Assembly: GCA_015064735.1 (NCBI GenBank)
Contig: SVRP01000009.1
Span: 8,474-72,473, forward strand
Direction of reading: 5' to 3'
DNA: 64,000 bases
From: Oscillospiraceae bacterium
GTDB lineage: Bacteria; Bacillota; Clostridia; Oscillospirales; CAG-272
In this document: positions 40,299 to 48,693 of the stretch, piece after piece
Layout: each line of letters starts with the position of its first letter
How positions within the stretch are numbered: position 1 is the first letter of the stretch
Made by a program: the position numbers and the translations under genes
Notes under the pieces: generated by a model
Databases searched by the model: none
The model's input: only the letters and a program-made list of their open reading frames with translations
Told to the model about the DNA's origin: nothing

Positions 40299-41272
40299 CC
40301 CGTGATATTCTCTTAGAACGCGCAGAGGCTCTTCTTGCTGACGGCACGGTTGACCGTGTTCTCGGTTGGAAAAAGGGTGAGTTTGCATACGACGTAACTC
40401 CCGCCGTATTCACTACGGCTGATGAGCTTCGCGCAGAGTTCGTATGGAACGATTTCTGCGGAGCTAACTTCTCCAAGTATCTCATAAAGGAGACCGCAAA
40501 GAAGGACACTAAGGTTCTCGTTTTCCTTAAGTCCTGCGATACATACAGCTTTAATCAGCTCCTTACCGAGCATCGCTTTGACAGAGAAAAGGTTTACGTA
40601 ATCGGTGTTCCCTGCAACGGCATGCTCGATCCCAAGAAGGTAAAAGACAAAGCAGAGAGTGTTCTTTCTGTTACCGATAACGGAACAGAGGTCGCTATTG
40701 AGACTCTTTACGACGGTATCGTTACCGTAGCAAGAGATGAGCTTCTCCCCGACAGATGTCTTAATTGTAAGTCTAAAAAGCATGTAGCCTACGACGAGCT
40801 TCTCGGAACCGAGGGAGACGTTGTTGCAAACGCAAGATTTGACGAGGTTGCCCGCCTTGAGGCTATGACTCCCGACGAGCGCTTTGCATTCTGGCAGAAC
40901 GAGCTTTCCCGTTGCATCCGTTGCAACGCTTGCCGCGACGTTTGTCCCGCTTGTACCTGCGAAAAGTGCGTATTTGACAACCCCAATTCGGGTGTTGACA
41001 ACAAGGCTCCCGCAAATGAGTTCGAGGAAAAGATGTTCCACATCATCCGCGCATTCCACGTTGCGGGCAGATGCACCGACTGCGGCGAATGCTCCAGAGT
41101 TTGTCCTCAGAGCATTCCTCTCCACCTGCTCAACCGTAAGTTCATCAAGGACATTGACGAGTTCTACGGAGAGTATCAGGCAGGAGCAGAGGCAGGAAGC
41201 CGCGCTCCTATCGTAAACTACGACCTTAACGACCTGGAGGCATCCGAGGCAGTTGAAAGGGGGAACGAATAA
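40286..41272 (+). CDS. flxC: 4Fe-4S dicluster protein (FlxC-like)
   Basis: CIRCNACRDVCPACTC..C, RAFHVAGRCTDCGEC.RVCP. Confidence 0.8.
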   Translation: MQEITRDILLERAEALLADGTVDRVLGWKKGEFAYDVTPAVFTTADELRAEFVWNDFCGANFSKYLIKETAKKDTKVLVFLKSCDTYSFNQLLTEHRFDREKVYVIGVPCNGMLDPKKVKDKAESVLSVTDNGTEVAIETLYDGIVTVARDELLPDRCLNCKSKKHVAYDELLGTEGDVVANARFDEVARLEAMTPDERFAFWQNELSRCIRCNACRDVCPACTCEKCVFDNPNSGVDNKAPANEFEEKMFHIIRAFHVAGRCTDCGECSRVCPQSIPLHLLNRKFIKDIDEFYGEYQAGAEAGSRAPIVNYDLNDLEASEAVERGNE

Positions 41273-42297
41273 TGCGTAAAATAGCAGTAAACAATCTCGA
41301 TTCCCTTTTTGCCGCAATCGCTGCGGAATACAAGCTTTATATTCCCGTTGATACCGATGCGGGGGCTAAGTTCTCCGAATGGAGCGAGGGCGCAAAGCTT
41401 TCCGACGCGCTCAATACTGTAAGAAGCGCAAAGGATTTCTTCTTCCCTCAGACCGAAAATCTTGTCGATTTCAAGATGGAGGGAAAAACCATTGAAATAA
41501 TCGACAACAGAAGCGAGTGCGAGGATTTCGCGGTATTCGGAGTTCGCGCTTGCGACGTTAAGAGCTTTGAGATACTCGACAGAGTATTTCTTTCCGAGCC
41601 TGTCGATACGTACTACAAAAACCGCAGAGACCACGGTGTAATAATCTCCATGGCTTGTAACAAGCCTGCCGAGACCTGCTTCTGCGGAACCTTTGGCATT
41701 GACGCGTCCGCTCCCGAGGGAGATATAGTTTGCTACAAGACCGACGATATTCTCTATCTTGAGGCTAAGACCGAGAAGGGTGAGAAGCTTCTCGCTCTTG
41801 TAGCGGCCTTGACCGAGGATACCGATAATTCGGCTGTTGAAGCGCAGAAGAAGCTCATCAAGGAGCGTCTTGACAGACTTCCCTTGAAAAATCTCAAGGC
41901 TGACGCGTTTGGCGACGGCAAGACAAGCAAGTTCTTTGATGCTCCCGAATGGAGCGAGCTTTCCGAGACCTGTCTCGGTTGCGGAACCTGCACCTTTGTT
42001 TGCCCAACCTGTCAGTGCTACGACATCAAGGATTTCAACACCGGACACGGCGTTAAGCGTTTCCGTTGCTGGGATTCCTGCATGTATTCCGATTTCACAA
42101 GAATGGCGCACGGAAACTCCCGTAACAGCCAGCTTGAGCGTTTCCGTCAGAGATTTATGCACAAGCTTGTGTACTATCCCACCAACAACGACGGTCTCTT
42201 CTCCTGCGTAGGCTGCGGAAGATGTATTTCCAAGTGCCCCATCAATATGAACATTGTTAAAGTTATGAAAAAGCTGGGAGGAAAGGAAAATGACTGA
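41272..42297 (+). CDS. flxB: AsrA-like 4Fe-4S protein (FlxB)
   Basis: CLGCGTCTFVCPTCQC, RCWDSC, RFRQRFMHK, CVGCGRC...CP. Confidence 0.82.
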   Translation: MRKIAVNNLDSLFAAIAAEYKLYIPVDTDAGAKFSEWSEGAKLSDALNTVRSAKDFFFPQTENLVDFKMEGKTIEIIDNRSECEDFAVFGVRACDVKSFEILDRVFLSEPVDTYYKNRRDHGVIISMACNKPAETCFCGTFGIDASAPEGDIVCYKTDDILYLEAKTEKGEKLLALVAALTEDTDNSAVEAQKKLIKERLDRLPLKNLKADAFGDGKTSKFFDAPEWSELSETCLGCGTCTFVCPTCQCYDIKDFNTGHGVKRFRCWDSCMYSDFTRMAHGNSRNSQLERFRQRFMHKLVYYPTNNDGLFSCVGCGRCISKCPINMNIVKVMKKLGGKEND

Positions 42298-43123
42298 CAT
42301 GAAAGAAGCTCTCATTCCCGTTTTGGGTGTCGTTACCGATATCCGTATCGATACCCCCGACGTAAAAACCTTCCGCGTTGTAACCCCCGACGGCAAAAAA
42401 GCATTTGACCACAAGCCCGGTCAGTGCGCTATGCTTTCGATCCCCGGCGTAGGCGAGGCAATGTTCTCTATTACCTCATCTCCTACAAATACCGAGTTCA
42501 TGGAATTTTCCATAAAGAAATGCGGTTGTCTTACCGATTGGCTCCACTCTATGGAGGTAGGTCAGCAGGTAACGATCCGTGGTCCTTACGGAAATCCCTT
42601 CCCCGTTGATACTGCTTTCGTAGGTCAGGATATGCTCTTTATTGCGGGCGGTATCGGACTTGCTCCCCTGCGCTCTGTCATAAACTACTGCCGTCATTAC
42701 CGCGACAGATACGGTAAGATAGACATAGTTTACGGTTCAAGAAGCATGCAGGATCTCGTTGACTACAAGGAGATAATCGACGAATGGGCAACCGACGCAG
42801 GTGTTAACGTACATCTCACCATAGACCGCGAGCAGCCCGAATGGACGGGACACGTCGGTTTCGTTCCCAACTACGTAAAGGAGCTTGGATTTGATACCAA
42901 CAAAACAGCTATCCTCTGCGGTCCTCCCATTATGATCAAGTTCACTTTGGCAGGACTTCAGGAGCTTGGCTTCGACAAAACACAGATATACACCACACTG
43001 GAGCTTCGTATGAAATGCGGTTTCGGTAAGTGCGGACGTTGCAACGTAGGCGCAAAGTACGTTTGCAAGGACGGTCCCGTTTTCCGTTGCGACGAGCTTG
43101 ACGAGCTTCCCGACGAATATTGA
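42290..43123 (+). CDS. flxA: AsrB/PyrK-like FAD/NAD-binding [2Fe-2S] subunit (FlxA)
   Basis: PGQ, IRGPYG, AGGIGLAPLR, CGPPIM, MKCGFGKCGRC, CKDGPVF. Confidence 0.88.
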   Translation: MTDMKEALIPVLGVVTDIRIDTPDVKTFRVVTPDGKKAFDHKPGQCAMLSIPGVGEAMFSITSSPTNTEFMEFSIKKCGCLTDWLHSMEVGQQVTIRGPYGNPFPVDTAFVGQDMLFIAGGIGLAPLRSVINYCRHYRDRYGKIDIVYGSRSMQDLVDYKEIIDEWATDAGVNVHLTIDREQPEWTGHVGFVPNYVKELGFDTNKTAILCGPPIMIKFTLAGLQELGFDKTQIYTTLELRMKCGFGKCGRCNVGAKYVCKDGPVFRCDELDELPDEY

Positions 43124-43139
43124 TAAAGGAGAACATCTC

Positions 43140-43814
43140 ATGGAAAATATGGTAAATATTTATCTTTACGGCAAAAAGTACGAAGTACCCGCAAGCCTTA
43201 CTATAATGAATGCCATGGAGTACGCAGGCTATCAGCTCGTTCGCGGAGTCGGATGCCGTTGCGGATTCTGCGGGGCTTGTGCTACCATCTACCGTATAAA
43301 GGGACAGAACGAGCTTAAGACCTGTCTTGCTTGTCAGACTAAGGTCGAGGACAATATGTACATAGCTACTCTCCCCTTCTTCCCCCTCGTTAAGCAGCCC
43401 TACGATATTGAAAAGGTAAAGCCCACAGAGCAGATCATGATGCAGCTTTATCCCGAAATATACGCTTGCGTTGGCTGTAACGCCTGTACCAAGGCTTGTA
43501 CTCAGGACCTTAACGTAATGCAGTATATCGCTTACGCTCAGAGAGGCGAATACGAAAAGTGCGCTGAGGAATCCTTTGACTGCGTAATGTGCGGTGTTTG
43601 CTCATCACGTTGCCCCGCAGGTATTACGCATCCCCAGGTTGGTCTCCTTGCCCGCCGTCTTACCGGTAAGTATCTCGCTCCCGAAACTCAGCACCTCCTC
43701 GAAAGGGTTGCCGAGATAGAATCGGGCAACTGCGAGGCTGCTCTTCAGGACATCATGCACAAGACCGCGGAAGAGCTCAAGGAAATGTACAACAACCGTG
43801 ATTTTGAGAAATAA
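43140..43814 (+). CDS. frdB: soluble fumarate reductase/succinate dehydrogenase Fe-S subunit
   Basis: CRCGFCGAC...CLAC [2Fe-2S] plus CVGCNAC...C and CVMCGVC...CP; start moved to ATG 43140. Confidence 0.8.
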   Translation: MENMVNIYLYGKKYEVPASLTIMNAMEYAGYQLVRGVGCRCGFCGACATIYRIKGQNELKTCLACQTKVEDNMYIATLPFFPLVKQPYDIEKVKPTEQIMMQLYPEIYACVGCNACTKACTQDLNVMQYIAYAQRGEYEKCAEESFDCVMCGVCSSRCPAGITHPQVGLLARRLTGKYLAPETQHLLERVAEIESGNCEAALQDIMHKTAEELKEMYNNRDFEK

Positions 43815-43828
43815 GGAGGAGCCGAGAA

Positions 43829-45478
43829 ATGTATACACCCGAAATGTTAGAATCCATTAAAAAGGTTGAGGCTACACGTGAGGAGCGTTTAAAACAGGTT
43901 CTCGCCGGCAACCATCCCCGTCGTATGACCGCGGAGGAAAAGGATCAGGTTCTTCTTGAAAATCACCCCGACCATATTCAGTCTCAGTTCGCTGAGCTTG
44001 TTATCGGTCCTAATAAGGGCGAAAAGGTTCCGCTTGAGCTTGCCGAGATGCTTCAGGCTAACCCCAGAGTTAAGCCCTCTGATATTGACCTTTCCAAGAT
44101 CGATTACGACGTTGACGTACTCATTATCGGCGGCGGCGGAGCAGGTTCCGCTGCGGCTATTATGGCTCACGAAAACGGCGCAAACGTAATGATCGTTACA
44201 AAGCTTCGCCACGGTGACGCAAACACCATGATGGCTGAAGGCGGTATTCAGGCAGCTGATAAGCCTAACGACAGTCCCGCACAGCACTACCTTGACGTTA
44301 TGGGCGGCGGACACTTCAAGAACGTTCCCGAGCTGGTTTACAAGCTCGTTAACGACGCTCCCGTATGTATCAAGTGGCTCAACGACCTTGGCGTTATGTT
44401 CGACAAGGAAGCTGACGGAACCATGGTTACCACCCACGGCGGCGGAACCTCCCGCAAGCGTATGCACGCCGCAAAGGACTACTCGGGCGCTGAGATCATG
44501 AGAGTTCTCCGCGACGAGGTACAGAACAGGCAGATCCCCGTTGTTGATTTCACCTCGGCTATCGAGATAATCAAGGACGAAAACGGCAGAGCGGCAGGCG
44601 CGGTTCTTATGAACATGGAGACGCAGGAGCTCCTTATCGCGAGAGCCAAGACCGTTATCATCGCAACCGGTGGCGCAGGCCGTATGCACTATCAGGGCTT
44701 CCCCACCTCCAACCACTACGGAGCAACCGCTGACGGTCTCGTAATGGCTTACAGAGCAGGCGCTCCACTCCTTTATGCTTACACACTCCAGTATCACCCC
44801 ACGGGTGCTGCTTACCCCTCACAGATATTCGGCGCGCTCGTAACCGAGAAGGTTCGTTCTATCGGCGCTCAGCTTATCAACGCTGACGGCGAAGCATTTA
44901 TGTATCCCCTTGAGACCCGCGACGTTTGCGCATCAAGCGTTATCCGCGAGTGCAAGAGAGGCAAGGGTGTTGACACCTTTGACGGCGGTAAGGGTATCTG
45001 GCTCGACTCTCCTATGATCGACATGATCCACGGCGAGGGAACCATTGAAAAGCGTATTCCCGCTATGATGCGTATGTACCTCAAGTACGGTATTGATATG
45101 CGTAAGCAGCCTATACTTATCTACCCCACTCTCCACTACCAGAACGGCGGTATCAAGATTGCCGATAACGGTATGTCCGACGTTGAAAATCTCTTTGTTG
45201 CAGGTGAGGCAGTCGGCGGTATCCACGGTGAGAACAGACTTATGGGTAACTCCCTCCTTGACATTATCGTATTCGGTAGAAACGCGGGTGTTCATGCTGC
45301 TGAGGCCGCAAAGAATACTAAGGTTGGCGAGAAGCTCAGCCTTGACCACGTTGAAAGCTTTATGAAGGAAATGGCTGACGCAGGTATCGTAACCGACGCT
45401 GTATCCCCCAAGCTTCTTCCCAGATATACTCACGGAAATCCCGTATTCGACGAGCCTAACGCAAAGCTCATGAAATAA
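43829..45478 (+). CDS. frdA: soluble fumarate reductase flavoprotein subunit (FrdA/TfrA-like)
   Basis: GGGGAG, AEGG, ATGG, QYHPT, TEKVR, TRD, HYQNGG, HGENRLMGNSL. Confidence 0.85.
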   Translation: MYTPEMLESIKKVEATREERLKQVLAGNHPRRMTAEEKDQVLLENHPDHIQSQFAELVIGPNKGEKVPLELAEMLQANPRVKPSDIDLSKIDYDVDVLIIGGGGAGSAAAIMAHENGANVMIVTKLRHGDANTMMAEGGIQAADKPNDSPAQHYLDVMGGGHFKNVPELVYKLVNDAPVCIKWLNDLGVMFDKEADGTMVTTHGGGTSRKRMHAAKDYSGAEIMRVLRDEVQNRQIPVVDFTSAIEIIKDENGRAAGAVLMNMETQELLIARAKTVIIATGGAGRMHYQGFPTSNHYGATADGLVMAYRAGAPLLYAYTLQYHPTGAAYPSQIFGALVTEKVRSIGAQLINADGEAFMYPLETRDVCASSVIRECKRGKGVDTFDGGKGIWLDSPMIDMIHGEGTIEKRIPAMMRMYLKYGIDMRKQPILIYPTLHYQNGGIKIADNGMSDVENLFVAGEAVGGIHGENRLMGNSLLDIIVFGRNAGVHAAEAAKNTKVGEKLSLDHVESFMKEMADAGIVTDAVSPKLLPRYTHGNPVFDEPNAKLMK

Positions 45479-45485
45479 TCGAATT

Positions 45486-45521
45486 TTCAGGCGAGCTCGC
45501 ACATGCGAGCTCGCCCTGAAA
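45486..45521 (+). terminator. GC-rich hairpin after frdA (terminator or processing/stability site)
   Basis: ggcgagctcgca / tgcgagctcgcc with flanking ttcag/ctgaa; no strong U tract. Confidence 0.5.
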
Positions 45522-45636
45522 TGCGTAAAACTGAACGGATATATTGTAGACAGAAATCCGTTTCTGTTTGAAATATACCCGTTCAATCACAATTTAACTT
45601 TAATTTGTATTTTTAATTATTATTTGGAGGCATAAA

Positions 45637-46926
45637 ATGCAAATCTTCAGTTTTTTTGACGGCAAATTCTCGTTATCCATCAACGGCGTAACATTCCTCA
45701 TTTTTTCGGTTTTGCTTATAGCAGGTCTTGGATATCTCCTCGGCCGTATAACCATAAAGGGAGTTAACCTTGGAACCGCGGGAGTTTTTCTCGTAGCTCT
45801 TCTCTTCGGTTGCTTCTTCTTCAATCCCATTGACAAAATGTTCCCTTCCCTTGCAGGAACGGGAATAGCAGAATGGTGGCCCAATCTTTCAGAGCAGCTT
45901 AAGGGATACACGGGTAACGCATTAAAGGTCGTTGAAAACCTCGGTCTTATTCTCTTTGTAACCTCTGTTGGCTTTATTGCAGGTCCCAAATTCTTTGGCA
46001 ATCTTAAGAAAAACTTCAAGACCTATATTCTTCTCGGTCTCGTTATCATAATTTCGGGAGCTCTCGTATGCGCGGGCTGTATCGCTCTTGCGCAGGCTAC
46101 TATGAAGGACGTTCCCGGTCAGCAGCTCACAGCTATTATGACAGGTCTGTTCTCCGGCGCGCTTACTTCTACCCCCGCATTCTCAGCCTCTAAGGAAGCA
46201 ATCGGACCCGAGCTTTCCGAGTATGTTGCGGTAGGTAACGGAATTGCTTACATATTCGGTGTTATCGGCGTTGTTCTCTTCGTTCAGCTCATTCCCAAAT
46301 TCATGAAGGCAGATATGGCGGCTGAGCGCGCAAAGCTCTCCGGTGGCAGCGGAGACAACGGCGAAGATCCCGTTGAAGTTAAGAACGAAAGAAAGTTCAT
46401 TGAAATAGATCCCTTTGGAATTGCGGCATTCGCTGTAGCAGCGATCCTCGGTGTTCTCGTTGGAACCGTAAAGATCGGTTCTTTCTCTCTGACTACCACC
46501 GGCGGATGCTTGCTCGTAGCTCTTATATTCGGACATTTCGGGCACTTCGGTCCCATAAAGGTTATGCCTCCCGCGGCAACCCTTAAGGTTTTCAGAGAGC
46601 TCGGTCTTATGCTCTTCCTTATCGGCGCGGGAATTGCAGGCGGCGCAAAGTTCGTAGAGTGCTTCCAGGCTATCTACTTCCTCTACGGCGCGCTTATGAC
46701 CCTTGTACCCATGATCATTGGATTTATCTTCGCAAAGTACGTTTTGAAGCTTCATTTGCTCAATGCTCTCGGCTCAATTACGGGAGGTATGACATCTACC
46801 CCCGCACTCGGAACTCTAATTCAGGTTTCGGGTACTGAAGACGTTGGAGCTGCATACGCGGCTACCTATCCTATTGCGCTTATTTCCGTAGTTCTTTCGT
46901 CTCAGATACTCATTATGATATTCTAA
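45637..46926 (+). CDS. AAE-family (AspT/YidE/YbjL) transporter, candidate succinate exporter
   Basis: Duplicated membrane halves with 'LG.AGVFLVAL', 'GALTSTPA' and 'GGMTSTPAL..YAATYP'; short linker, no TrkA-C domains. Confidence 0.8.
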   Translation: MQIFSFFDGKFSLSINGVTFLIFSVLLIAGLGYLLGRITIKGVNLGTAGVFLVALLFGCFFFNPIDKMFPSLAGTGIAEWWPNLSEQLKGYTGNALKVVENLGLILFVTSVGFIAGPKFFGNLKKNFKTYILLGLVIIISGALVCAGCIALAQATMKDVPGQQLTAIMTGLFSGALTSTPAFSASKEAIGPELSEYVAVGNGIAYIFGVIGVVLFVQLIPKFMKADMAAERAKLSGGSGDNGEDPVEVKNERKFIEIDPFGIAAFAVAAILGVLVGTVKIGSFSLTTTGGCLLVALIFGHFGHFGPIKVMPPAATLKVFRELGLMLFLIGAGIAGGAKFVECFQAIYFLYGALMTLVPMIIGFIFAKYVLKLHLLNALGSITGGMTSTPALGTLIQVSGTEDVGAAYAATYPIALISVVLSSQILIMIF

Positions 46927-46931
46927 AGAAC

Positions 46932-46954
46932 GGGCTGTCTCACAGAGACAGCCC
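46932..46954. repeat. palindromic intergenic repeat copy 3 (shortened)
   Basis: GGGCTGTCTC-aca-GAGACAGCCC right after transporter stop. Confidence 0.75.
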
Positions 46955-46996
46955 ACTCTTTGAAGAATTATATTCAAATTGAAAAAGGATATAAAA

Positions 46997-48613
46997 ATGT
47001 CAAAAAAGTATTCATCCCGCGTAAAAAATATACTTATTCCCTGTTGCTTCTTTTCAATATTGACGGGAATAATTACGGGCGCAATTATTTTCCTTTTCAG
47101 AATATCTGCAGAGCTTGTAATACATCAGTCGGACAATGTATTCGGATTTGTAAGGGAGCATCCCGTATTTTTACCTTTGCTTATCCTCGGAGCGGCAATC
47201 CTCGGTGCAATTGCATATTTTATAATAAAGCTTTTCCCCAACAGCCGAGGCGGAGATGCCCAGACTACTATCACCTCATTGCGTGGATTTATTCCGCTCA
47301 GGTGGATACAAAATACCGTCGTCCTGTTTTTCTCCTCGCTAATCACCTATTTTTCAGGTGTTACACTAGGAGAAGAAGGTACCAGCGTTCAGATGGGCGC
47401 GGCTGTCGGTAAAGGTACTGTAAACACCTTTGCAAAAAAGAGATACAGGCGCGCGTGGGAGCGTTACATCATGACGGGAGGCGCTTGCGGAGGCTTTGCG
47501 GCGGTAACCTGCGCTCCTCTTACGGCTATTCTTTTCGCCTTCGACGAGGCTCACAGAAAATTCTCGCCCATTCTGTTTATGTCAACCTCTACTGCGGTTC
47601 TCGCGTCTTGGTCGGTTATGCAGGGACTTTGTTCTGTTTTTTCGGTAGAGCCGAGACTTTTCGTGCTTAATACCCCCGACGTGCTTCCAATAGAACTTTT
47701 ATGGGCTCCTATCATAGTTGGGGCATTGTGCGGCGGTCTCGCTATACTCTATGCTAAGGGTTATAAGAAAACCGAGGATTTTCTTAATAAAACGCTCAAA
47801 AAAGTTCCTCTTTTCGCAAAATTTATCGGCGTTTTTGTAATTACCGCTATTTTTGGATTTGCGACCTCGCACCTTATCGGATCGGGACACAATATAATCC
47901 ACGACCTGTTTGAGGGACACGCGCCGGTATGGTATATGCTCCTGCTCTATCTCGTTATCCGTTCTGTAATGCTGCTTCTTTCGGCGGCTCTTGAAATAGC
48001 GGGAGGTCTTTCTGTTCCCGCCATGGCAGTAGGAGCAATGATAGGCTCACTTTGCGCCCAAGCCCTTACGGCTATGAACATATTTTCTGCGGAATACACT
48101 CCCATTCTCGTTATAGTAGGCGTGGCTTCGTTTATGGCGGCTACAAACCGAGCTCCCCTTAATGCAATTACCTTTGCATGCGAGGCGCTATTTGGATTTA
48201 CCAACCTAATATCTATTGCTATAGGTGTTGCGGTATCCTTTATAGTTATAGAGCCTCTTGGTGTTACCGCATTCTCCGACGTCATTATTGAGGAGAAAAT
48301 ACACGATTATTATCACGGCAAGGAGGTTCACACGGTTGACGTACACATGACCGTCAGAACAAATTCCTTTATTATGGGCAAGGAAATACGGGATATTCTC
48401 TGGCCCGCCAACTGCGCTGTGGTATCGGTCAACAAGCTGCATGTAGGACACCTCGCTATAGAAACCGGCGATATTCTCCACATCAGATATAAAACCATTG
48501 ATCCGGAGGAGACATACGCTATACTCGAATCTATTGTTGGACGGCAAAAGGGAGAAACCGACATGCACGACGTTCACCAAGGTGATGAAAATTATACTAT
48601 TCCCGAACAGTAA
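46997..48613 (+). CDS. ClC-family chloride channel/transporter homologue with C-terminal TrkA-C-like domain
   Basis: LG.EG.SVQMGA, GA..GFAA...APL..ILF..DE, RAPL.A; C-terminal 'GKEIRDILWPANC.VVSV'. Confidence 0.8.
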   Translation: MSKKYSSRVKNILIPCCFFSILTGIITGAIIFLFRISAELVIHQSDNVFGFVREHPVFLPLLILGAAILGAIAYFIIKLFPNSRGGDAQTTITSLRGFIPLRWIQNTVVLFFSSLITYFSGVTLGEEGTSVQMGAAVGKGTVNTFAKKRYRRAWERYIMTGGACGGFAAVTCAPLTAILFAFDEAHRKFSPILFMSTSTAVLASWSVMQGLCSVFSVEPRLFVLNTPDVLPIELLWAPIIVGALCGGLAILYAKGYKKTEDFLNKTLKKVPLFAKFIGVFVITAIFGFATSHLIGSGHNIIHDLFEGHAPVWYMLLLYLVIRSVMLLLSAALEIAGGLSVPAMAVGAMIGSLCAQALTAMNIFSAEYTPILVIVGVASFMAATNRAPLNAITFACEALFGFTNLISIAIGVAVSFIVIEPLGVTAFSDVIIEEKIHDYYHGKEVHTVDVHMTVRTNSFIMGKEIRDILWPANCAVVSVNKLHVGHLAIETGDILHIRYKTIDPEETYAILESIVGRQKGETDMHDVHQGDENYTIPEQ

Positions 48614-48620
48614 TTAAAAG

Positions 48621-48662
48621 AAAAGTGGCTGTCTCAAATTTTCATTTGAGACAGCCACTTTT
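48621..48662. repeat. palindromic intergenic repeat copy 4, bidirectional terminator
   Basis: aaaagt-GGCTGTCTCAAAT-tttc-ATTTGAGACAGCC-actttt; core is the exact reverse complement of copy 2. Confidence 0.85.
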
Positions 48663-48693
48663 TTGGGGATAGTCAGATGCCCCTTTTATTAAC

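Noticed and set aside
41272-43123. Anaerobic sulfite reductase (asrAB) or sulfhydrogenase call
   Set aside because: No siroheme AsrC and no NiFe large subunit; the hdr-mvhD context matches Flx.
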